A DNA stretch of 54,178 nucleotides, filler included, from Catajapyx aquilonaris (Eukaryota): assembly GCA_000934665.2 (NCBI GenBank). It is 2 parts of 2 records of this genome, joined end to end, with 100 filler letters (N's around TTAATTAATTAA, not from the genome) between each part and the next. Parts side by side here need not be neighbours in the genome. Positions count along the whole stretch, not along the records: positions 1 to 27,040 come from JYFJ02005123.1; 1 more part is not named here. One strand, given 5' to 3'. Positions 1 to 11,200 of the stretch are shown one piece after another. The notes beneath the pieces were generated by a model that was not told where the DNA came from, did no database searches, and was given only the letters and a program-made list of their open reading frames with translations. Each line of letters begins with the position of its first letter. Position 1 is the stretch's first letter. Made by a program: the position numbers and the translations under genes.

Positions 1-1618
1 TTTGCACTTGACACTGTCAATTATTGCGAGTGTCAAGTGCAAAACCTGATGAACGCCTGATGAACGCAACCTTCAAGTACGATGGGTTGCCTACCCACCA
101 GGCGCAACATACTAAATGTGGAAACGGCCGTACCTCCGTACGGGGGCATTTCTGGACATGGGTACCGAAGCTCAAAATACTTGCCTATGGGGCCTCTACC
201 CACCCTGTGATGTTTGCCAAAGTTAGCATGGTCACCCTGTATATTATTAATACCCTACTGTGATTGCAATTCCTCCCGCTGTGTACGGCCTACAGCATTG
301 GAAGTGATGTCAAATTTTAGCCCTCGTGTCCTATATTTGCCCTAAACTTTTGGTTTTTTGGAAATAGTGTCCAGCGAATTTATAAAATGCAAAAAACCGC
401 CGACAGCCTAAAAAAACCAGGCACCACGGAGTTCCCCTAAACGCCGTTCTGGCCGCGGGCGCTACCTCCGCACCATCTTACTTCGGTAATTCGCCGTCGG
501 ATGTCACTGCCTGGTCCGTGTCTCTCTCTCCACTTTCGCAATTTTGCCAAATTTTTTTGCCAAATTTTGGCAAGTTGGTGCCTAGTGAAAATTTTACACT
601 TGGAGTGTTTCCTTATGCAATAACAAATTAAAATCCAAAATAACGAATTTATGCATCTAGACTTCTGTTTTTCAATAAAAGCACATAATTACGGTGCTAA
701 AATAGCAATAGCCTGACATTTGAAGCTATTTCAGCACCACTGTAAATATTCATTTTGTCTACAGTGCAACAATACTTAAATTTAATTCTCAGAATTTGCA
801 AGAGTTGGTAAGGTGCATTTTAAAAGGGCAATGCCTGTCCAGAAATTGTAACTCGATAACCTCAACAGGATAGTTTTTTTAAAAAGTGCTGAAGTGGTCC
901 CTTCAAATGGAATGTAGTGTTTTGGGGGAAATTGTGTAAACATTACACCCAAATAGCCCATTGAAATATTTGTCTTGTGTAAGGTTTTACAGGCAGATGC
1001 ATCAATTTTCAAGTACGTCAACTTATAAATGTTGAACGAGCCTTCCAGCAAAGCACATGAGCTTGTCACATAGTTACCAACTCCAAAGATTGGAGTGACG
1101 TCAATACCATTTCTAGCAATGCATTCCCATAACATTCTTCTGGTAAGACCCATGATCTTCTCAGAGTTTCAGAAAAGGCCGGGGGGGGGGGGGGGNTTGT
1201 TGGTAATCTTGGAGAGTATAATGTATAGCAGGAAATGGTGATATCCCAGCACAACTCTGGAACTTGCAACAATACCTGGAATGTTCTAGAAGTATGCTCT
1301 TGTTAAAAGGTTCTGGCCATATCAAAGGCTAAGCTCAAAATTCCTCCAAAGAAAGTTAATGATTGGCACAAGGGCATCAATTATAGAGGAAAAGTTTAGC
1401 AAGTAATATGCAGGATTAGATGAAAATGTGATTACTATGTAAATTCATAAACATTTTGTCTGCATTATGCAGTTTTTGTGAAAAACACTTTTACAGATCT
1501 TGGCTGAGAAATTTCTAAATTTATATTGCATGTTATGCAACATTGGAAGTAACAAAACATTATTGTGTGCAGTTGTCACAATGCCATGTAATTATTGGAA
1601 ATTGTTTTACACCATTAA

Positions 1619-2230
1619 CCCCTTCGCTACCAGATAGGTCCGAACCACACAGACTTTGGCTTATGCATACTCCGAAGATACGCACAAGATATTTTACAAA
1701 TAATAGCAGCTACACTTACCAGATCGGGAAAAACACTGAATGAATCTGGAACAGATTTACTCGTCTAGAAGTCCCTAAATTAATTCCCAAAAACAAGGCT
1801 ATAAAAACTCGAAATTAGAGTGCTCCTGACCAACTGTTAGGCTGATTTAATTATGAAGTGCGTGAAAATATGCAGCGAAGTGTCAAAAAGCCGCAATTAA
1901 GTATTAATTTATTTCTCGCAAAGTACGGTGATCTAAGGAAATTCGTCTGGCACAGTTCTCAAGGTTGTTATTCCGCATATTTTCACGCATTTCATAATTA
2001 AATCAGCCTAACAGTTGGTCGGCAGTACTCAATTTCGATTTTTTATAGCCTTGTTTTTAGAAATTAATTTAGGGACTTCTAGACGAGTAAAATTGTTCCA
2101 GACTCATTCATGGTGTTTTCCCTGATCTGGTAAGTACAGCTGTTATTATTTGTAAAATGTCGCACGTGTATCTTCGGAGTACACGTAAGCCTAAATCTGT
2201 CTGGTTCGAGCCTATCTGGTAGCGAAGGGG
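1619..2230. mobile_element. piggyBac-type non-autonomous foldback element, copy 1
   Basis: TTAA at 1615-1618 and 2231-2234; termini CCCCTTCGCTACCAGATAGG / CCTATCTGGTAGCGAAGGGG; arms are inverted repeats over most of the length. Confidence 0.9.
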
Positions 2231-4317
2231 TTAATGAAGATTGATGCATAGGTTCACTACTAGGTGTTAGTGTTTCATTTTCAGTTAGTTCAAAAACCTT
2301 TAAGGAATTTTTTAAATTGAATTTATCAACATTCTCAAGGCTCTACTAATGAACATTGAATATAGGAACAGTACTTAAATGCCATAGTACATTGTACCTG
2401 ATTGAATTGATATATTTCATATTTCTTTTGTCATTTGAAACTGCCCAAGTTTTGGAATCCCCCCTGGAAGTTTTTATTGATTTCCCTTCATCTAAAGCAG
2501 ATGTACCAGCGAGATTGCAGACCAACATATAACTGTTCATAATTTTTTAAGTCAAAACTTTAAGCATGTTTTAGTCCACACTATCAAGTTTTTAATCATA
2601 ACAAAAGAAGCCACGAGTGACTATTTTAATATTGGTAATAACCATGGGGATGTAACTGAAAATTGAAGGAATTCAAGTTTACTATAAGGATGGTGTAAGT
2701 GGAGGTAGCCTTTCAGATTTCCCATCGAGTATCATTAAATTAGTAATGTTCATATTTTATTGCTGTCACCATATTTTCACATTTGTCTGAGTAAAAAGAA
2801 ACTGCAATGACAGGAATAAGGCCCCTGTACAAGGGCACTGCAAAAAAATTGTATGTGATGCATATTATAAATACATCTTTCCCTCTAAACTTACACTAAT
2901 AAAAATATATTGCAAGCATGACATCACCTGACTCCCTGGCACTAACCTAGTGAAAAGCATTACGTAACTGCATTGATGCGCAATTGCCCATTTTAATTGG
3001 GGGTCATGGGCGTGCAAGAGCAATTTATTTGAGAATATTTGCAAAAAATAATGCCCACTTTGGGTGTGTGAGAGAGTAACGTATGTCAATGTATGTGGAG
3101 ACAGTCTTACTCTGTAAAAGGAAACTCACTAGTGATTTTTACAATGCTGAATGTATGAGATGTTGTCTTTTCCTCACAATCTTGTTCAGTAGGGAGGTTA
3201 AATAAATGTTATTATTAGTATGCTGTTTTCTGTTGTCATCATTTTTCCATCCACATATGCTCTGACACATGACAAGTTATCAATATGTATTATCATCATC
3301 ATTAATATGAAACTGAGACATTTAACTAGAACTTGACTTTTTGAATTTAGTGACTTGGAAAGCATAATAATCATATTTTTCATTTTAATTTCCCATCCTA
3401 TGTTGCACTGTTGCTCCAGACATGATCTCCTTTGTACCTAAAGGCTTTTTAACACATAATAATGTCTAGCCAGCTCAGATTGTGACATCCGTTGTGTCCC
3501 ACCATGTAATACAAATCCATGTAAGATGAACCTACCTTATCATGGTAGGTAGGGTTGCATTCAAGCTGCCCAACAGATGCCTTTTCCTATCATGTAATTA
3601 CAAGTTCAGAGACCTGGTGTGTTACTCATTCCAGTTAATGCTCACATTAAAGATATGCTGGTCACATTCACCAGGAGGATGCTGTATAACACTTAACATT
3701 AGGCTGTGTTGCACTACTGAGATTGCTGACCAAGGTTTTATTATTGTTATGAGTTGTTGGGAACAATAAACTTGATTATGACCAATAATAATGAACAACA
3801 AGGATAAAGCCTTGGTCCATAGTGTACCTTCAGTAGTGCAACCAGCTTAAAGCTTTCAATTTTTCACAAGTTGATTATATCTGACAACATTGACAAGTGG
3901 TTATCAAGAGTTGAAAACCGGAGCTCTTCTTTCAAATGTGATCATAAAATGCAAGCTTGGGTCCTTGCTTGGGTCCAAAGGGTATGGAGAGGCCTTTCAT
4001 ATTACCATTGTGTCACTAATCCCATGATTTGCATGCATGATTTTGAGGAATGACCTTGTATTCAGTTGCTCAAGTCCGCATCAGTCTTGGAAATGTCGTA
4101 TTATGAATATGGAAAGATTATATCTGACAGTTTGCCAACAATTTGTTACTTCCTAAACCAAACAGCTTATGGCCACAGTGCATGATGGGTAACCACAAAG
4201 CTAGTTTTTTTAAAAAGGTTGACATTGCATTTTAATGTTTTGAAATTGTAATTGCCATAGTTAGCAGAAAATTACCATTTGATAAGATGGAGAAGAAAGG
4301 CATTTTCTAAGTGTTAG

Positions 4318-4788
4318 TATGTACTATATCGCCCAAAAAGATAGACGATTTTGGGGAGGTGTGGTGGCCGTGATGGTAACGTCACGGCTTGCTGTGTGAA
4401 AGGCCCCAGGTTCGATCCCCGCCTGGGGAACTTTCCTTTCACCTGCGTCGGGAGGGTCTCTGACCTGCACCAAGGAGGTGTCTGGCAACCTAACCTCCTG
4501 GGGAACAGCACATGACCCGTTTTCAGATGTGCACCTTGCACCCATGTTCCCTCCCCAAAAATCCCCTATCCCTTCCCCATGTCCTTTCATCCTTGCACCG
4601 GAGTGAAGAGGAAAAATTAGAAAATTGAAGAAAATGGTGGTATCCCACCCCCCTATAAGGACCCATGGCCCTAGCACGGGGTAACGTAGAAAAAAAAAGA
4701 TAGAGACGATTTTGCATTTGACTCAAGTGCAACTTGCACTTGTATCAAATGCCAATCGTCTCTATCTTTTTGAGCGATATAGTACATA
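4318..4788. mobile_element. Short palindromic MITE (~110 bp when reconstructed) interrupted by a SINE
   Basis: TATGTACTATATCGCCCAAAAAGATAG at the left end pairs with CTATCTTTTTGAGCGATATAGTACATA at the right end; centre CAAGTGCAA-C-TTGCACTTG. Confidence 0.8.
4353..4698 (+). mobile_element. tRNA-derived SINE
   Basis: A box TGGCCGTGATGG, B box GGTTCGATCCC, 3' CACGGGGTAAC plus A tail, duplicated target AAAAAGATAG(AG)ACGATTTT. Confidence 0.85.
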
Positions 4789-5289
4789 GGGTGGGCCAAT
4801 GATAAAAAGAACGAGATATTAATGCTCAGTTGGCACCACTGAACATGTTATATCACATATCAAAGATCTAGCCTTATAATAAAATGCTAAATTTGTTGTT
4901 GGCAAATTAACTGCATGGATATATAAACTCTTGGTTGAGGGTCTGCCTTCAGTTGAGCAAATAGCTTTGAAGGGCTAAAACATTATTCATCCTGTAATAA
5001 TTAAGAAAGCAAGATGTCAACCTATCCTGACAACATAGCTTCTATTGACAACCCCAAATAAATACGAAAGCTGGAGCTTAATCCAATTCCGACATCCTGC
5101 CTTTCTGAACATGCTTCATCTCTTGTGAAGGCATGGCCTTTTCAGCATGAATTTTTTATGATTGCTGTAATATGGTATTTTGTGGTTGCAATAGTTACAT
5201 GGAATTTGTAAAAAGTCAATTGGACATTTTGAGTAATCCAAATTATTACTTAAGCTTCATTTCTAATTAATTATCTTTATTTCCTTTAG

Positions 5290-8200
5290 CATCATCGCTT
5301 CATAGCTGAGACCAAGGAAAAGGAGCCTGATGTGATATTCATCGGAGACTCAATTCTAGCCCAGCTGGTAGTCACAGAGATGTGGGAGCGTCTGTTTGTT
5401 CCAATGCACCCTCTGAACTTTGGGATTGGAGGTGACCAGACCCAACATGTACTATGGCGAGTGCAGAATGGAGAGCTGGAGAATGTGTCCCCAAAAGTAA
5501 TTGTCTTATTGGTGGGAACAAATAATCACGGCCATACACCAGACCAGATAGCTGAAGGGATAATGGCTATTGTGAAGGAAGCCAGAGGAAAGCAACCCCA
5601 AGCATACATTGTTGTACTTGTAAGTCTCTGTTAATACCTCTGTCCACTCTTTCAGTGAACACAAGGATTTTTCACCAGATGGATATGCAAAGTAAACCAT
5701 GTGTTTACTGTACGTTCACCTGCAATGGTTCATAGGCCTGCATGTAACAGTGGCAGCTGATCAATCGAGGTTGATGGAGTCAAGTCCCACCAGTGTAACA
5801 GGATAAAAGCTTATTTTAAGCTTAAAGCTTGATTTTATTTCCAACCTACATTGCTGAACATAGAAAATGCACACATATTATATTTTTAGCCTTGTAACCT
5901 AGGCTATAAAATAGCTGAATCTAAGGTCATGTCATGATGTGCATGCTCCCTTCAGTCACCACCCCATTCCTCATTTACTTACTGCCTTTGCCTGGAAAGA
6001 GCCACATTTGAAGAATAAGCAAGAGATTTTGATTTTGTGTCTCGGTTTTTAATTCTGCCAAATGCAACTCCTCTCCTATATATTGCTAATCTCTCTTATT
6101 AAATTCAATTACGAAAAAGTATGCATTTACGACATTGTAAGCTACCAAAAAAAAAAACATCATACATACCATGCATTACTGTTGCTTTATTCTGCATTGT
6201 GGTGAGAATTCTCACCAGATAGTTCGATCCGACCTGATTTATCTGCTCACAGCTGTGATGCAATGTAAACAAATCCCTGCTGGACAGGGCCTTCTGTATA
6301 TTATCATAGTATAGCATACTCTCATAGTATGGAGAAGGCCATGTCCAGTGGCAGAATTTCTGCCTCTGCATCACTGCTTTGATCAGACGAATTGGGTGAG
6401 ATTGAACTCACCGGTGAGAATTCTCACCACAGTGCAGCGTAAGGCCCTGGGATTACCCCAAGAAGCCTGCATGTGGTGCACAAAAATTTCATTGTGCTAA
6501 GCAGTCCAGCTGGCCAGTAAAGGTGGCACAGAGAAAGGATGGCGCAGGATTTTAATTGTCTAAAAATCTTACCATTGTGTCCACCTTTAAAATTGGTTCT
6601 TTCATGAACCACAGGGAAATTGTCTTGAATGACAACTTAGCACTTTTCTGTCATAGATATAGCGTAAACTTGTAAAAGAAATTTAGTGCAGTACTTTACA
6701 GAAGGTGAAGGTAATTATCAATATTGTAGTCAATGTTGGAACACTTATATTTAGCTCAACTGGCATTAGAAGCCACAAGCTGCCTATGTGTGTCATTATC
6801 CCCAGAGAAGTACAGTCCCGAGCATAAAGTTGGAGATGCTGTGGGCCTTCTCTGACCTTCCTTTATCTGACTCAAATTAATGGACTGTTTTTGGGCTGAG
6901 TTAGCTGCTTTAGGCGTGTGTTCATGAATTTATAACCGTGTATTTGATACCGTAATGGGGGGGGGGATTGGCAGAGCTGTCTCCAACTTTATGCTTGGGA
7001 CTATACATGCTCAGTGTGTTGCAGGAAGATGTGGTGGATATCTTGGAAAGTTGACAACCTATATTTGCATTAGTTTAGAAATGAAGATATCAAATTAAAT
7101 ATGTTCACTAGAAAAATCCTCGCTACGCTCGCATTTTTCAATGGCGTAGGTGTAGAAAACCACTCGCTTTGCTCACTTTTTTCTAGGCCTGCAGCCTGCA
7201 GTGCCCACCATATTTTTAATCGCGTCGGACTTATAGCCAGTGATGATGCCCATCCCCCAATCATATGTGTACTCCCCAACCCCACCCAGTTCTCCGTCTG
7301 TGATTCCGTATTGATATCCGTGATTCTGTAGGGACCCCTTGAACCATCTGCAATCCCACCTTTGCATTGGCTGGGAAATATGCATTTGCCCACCTCAACA
7401 TACCCATACCTTTGGCATTTAAAAAAACCCCAATTATTGTATGAACAGAAATTCACAACCTCTACCGGCTCTACTCGCATGCACTCGCACATGTATCTAA
7501 ATTATATGCACACTTTCCGACCACGTTTTTCTCATAACTCCCCTTTATTATAAACATCTACGGAACTCGGCAGTGTTGGTATTAGATGATCAAAAACTGG
7601 TTTCATTCTCCCCGACACTTTCTTTTGAAGTTCTCCACCTATCCCCGGGTTCAGTGTTGAAAATTGCGTCCAATCCTGCTTGCCAACTCTCCCCGCGTGG
7701 GTACCAGTAAGGACCTTGTTTAAAAAACTGAAATTATTTTACTTTGCATATAAATGTCCATGGAGTTGGCACCACTGATAAAACAACATCCCAACCGTAG
7801 CCTCTGTTCGGTTTGTTTACGGCGTTCCATTCCCCCTCCTCTCTCCCTCCCCTGTTGTGAGGTCACCGTGGGTGGAGGATGGTGGACGGGTAGAGGGGTC
7901 TTCACGGGAGAGGAGATGTATCCTTGTTGACGTCCAGAAAGCGACTGTGGCGTTCTTCCACCCATTGCGCATGCTCTGAACGGGGGCCAATTGGAGGCGT
8001 CATGGTAACAATACATCCAGGGAACAATGAATGTGGGGCAATCGGAAGGTGGCAGTAACAACAATACAGGGGTGAAGCAATCAGAGGGCTTATACACACA
8101 TGAAGCATTTTAATATTATAGATGTACTCATATTCTATCAGAGGCAAGACTGCCTCTGATAGAATATGAGTACATCTGTAATATTATGATTATAATATTA

Positions 8201-11200
8201 TGAGGTGTTTTCTATAGTGGCTTTAACCCGTAGATGGCAGGGTTTTTTGGGCCGTTTTTTTCATTTCTTGAACAAAATTTGTAATAGGAGTGATATTAAT
8301 GAAAAACAATATGCTCATATATTTATCATTTTAACTCGTGGTGGTCCTTTTGAATGTAAAATGCCGATAAAATTCATCTACGGGGTGTTCCAGAAAAAAA
8401 TTTAATGTGAAATTAACTTTAAATGTAATGAAATTAATTTAAAATTTTAGTCACTATAAAATTGTTACTATGGTTACATAATAATACTAAAACATTGTAC
8501 TATGAGAAATTCCTGAGAGTCCAGACTTATGGGACACCCTGTTCTAACGCCGTGGGAGGGGGTATTTGTAGCTCATTATTATTAAGGGGCCACAGAGTAG
8601 CAAAAATACGGTAGAACGCATTTTGTAGGGAACTTAATTTTTTGCGGCGAAACACGTCATTAATCTGGAAAAACCCTAACTAGGTACCCTGCGCAAAGGT
8701 TTGGCATTTATAATGGTACCAGACCCGACATGATTTCATTAAATTAGGGACATATGGCTGCAGAAGAGTGTCCGATTTTGTCACTATTTATTCACCATGT
8801 TATCCAAATGGAATTTTTCGAAACGTCGTTTCGCTCTCACTTCAACTTGCCTTAAGGTCATTTCTAGGCCGAAAATGGAAAAAAAAGATGAACTAGGTGC
8901 CCTGCGCCAGATCATCTACTTTTTTTGTGTGCAATTTCTGTGTCAATTGAACCATTTTTGAGGCCATACGGCTGCAGAAGCATAGACATGTCGAATCCTC
9001 CTATGCTGCTTGCATAAACAAGTTTGTTTGGGTCTGTCTCCAGGGGCACCGATTGTTGTGGGAGAGATGCAAAGCTACAACGTGAGTCTATAAGGTTTGA
9101 ACATGGAGGGGAAGTGGGGGAAGGTGTCATGGGAACGGAATGGGGATTGTTTGAGAGGGGTCAACAAATGCCTTATATTGTTGTAGAAACAATTGGTAGG
9201 CTCACTTTGACACCTATAGCTGCAGAGCCATCTGGTTTACCATATTTTTGCTACTGCACCCCCTTAACCCCTTGGCTACCAGATCGGCCCAAACCACGTA
9301 GATTTCGGCTTACGCGTACTCCGAAGACACAGACAAGATATTTTACAAATAATAATAGCTATACTTACCTGTTCAGGGAGAACACTATGAATGTGTCTGG
9401 AACAATTTTACTCATCTAGAAGTCCCTAAATTATTTTCCCAAAAAAGGCTATAAAAACTCGAAATTTGAGTACTGCTGGCCAACTGTTCGGCTCATTTAA
9501 TTATGAAATCCGCTAAAATATGTGGAATAACAACCTTGAGAACCATGCCAGACGAAATTCCTGAAATCATAGTACTTTGTGAGAAATAAATTAATACTTA
9601 TTTGAGACTTTCTGGCACTTCGGAAAACTCTGATTTACTTCTCGAAGTGTCAAAAAGCCGCAAATAAGTATTAATCTATTTCTCACAAAGTATGACGATC
9701 TAAGTAAATTTGTCTGGCATGGTTCTCAAGGTTGTTATTCCGCATAATTTCATGCATTTCATATATAAATCAGCCTAACAGTTGGTCGGCAGTACTCCAA
9801 TTTCGAATTTTCATAGCCTTATTTTGGAAATTAATTTAGGGACTTTTAGACTAGTAAAATTGTTCCAGACACATTTATAGTGCTATCCCTGAATGGGGTA
9901 AGTATAGCTGTTATTATTTTGTAAAATACGTTGTCGTAATTAGCGTAAGCCGAAATCTACGTGGTTCAGGCCTATCTGGTAGCGAAGGGGTTAAGGAAAA
10001 TGGTTCGTTCTTTATCTTGTGACTCACAAGATGTATAAAGTGCCTGCAATAATATTTGGCCAATTATTAGAAAGAAAATGTGGAGCCAATGTAAAAAAAC
10101 GTACGAGATATTATTTATGATGGCCTTATTATTATTATGAGCCTGCAGAATTTTATTACAAGTTCATCATGCTTGTAAGTCTTCTCATTGAAACAAGGTC
10201 AACAATTGAGGTGCAGAAATGTTCAACATGCCATATTGTGTTAATTTTTCAGGCAGAAAGAACTCTTATAAAGAAAATTGCCACTTATAGTGTAATTCCA
10301 GGAGCTGTGAAGGAAGGGAAAACTAATATATTGTTGGCTATTTTTTGCACATGCAGGAAAAAATTCACCTTTCCAATATTGTTTTGATCCCTTTTACTCT
10401 TTCTTTGACTCTTAATGAGTGAAAAAGGCAAATTCATCATGATCAATGGACCTGTGCAGCTTGCAAGAACAAGAGTTTTGGAGTGAATTCGAGACTTTTA
10501 TGCATGAGCAAGAATCCAATAGACAAGTGGGGTTCAAGAATTGGCTTGTTGCTCACACTCACGCTTTCACTGTGATGGATTCTCAAGTACGGTACAGGAG
10601 ACTCCAAATATAACAGATTTCATGGGACCACGGAAATCAGTCTGCTATAACCGAGGTCTGTTATATCCCAATACACAGGCCATAAATGAAGGTACTGCGG
10701 GACCAACGTTTCTAGTCTGCTATAACCGAAAATCTGTTACAGCTGAGGCTGTTATATCCGGAGTCAGCTGTACTTACTTTGGCAGGACACATACTATGAT
10801 GGATAACACTGCATCTGCACCTCCTCCTACAATCCTCTTTCAATTGTGGTCCAGGGCAATAGTCAAAAGGTTCCACATGTACTGTACGAGGGCCGTACCA
10901 AAATGATTTACACTTTATTTTTTTTGCCACAAACACAGGGCCCATGCAGGCCGGCAGATAGTCACATTATCTAGAGAATTCTCCTGGAGCCAAATGCATT
11001 GGTACCACAGGAGTGGGAACCTCTCCAGGCCCTCCAGGAACCACTTTTTGGTGGTGCAGCTCACCCACTCCTGGACAAGTCCTCCCAGTCAACAATGTCC
11101 TCAAAATGGCATTGGCAAAGGGTTTTTTTCATGGATCTGAACAGGTGAAAGTCACTGGGTGCCAGGCCAGGGGAGTATGGCAGGGACCCAAAGCTGGATC

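Noticed and set aside
474..505. CATCTTAC...GATGTC resembling the ends of miR-8/miR-200 arms
   Set aside because: Too short for a precursor and lacks the TAATACTG seed
782..3400. Short ORFs possibly from a decayed transposase
   Set aside because: No motif could be recognised with confidence
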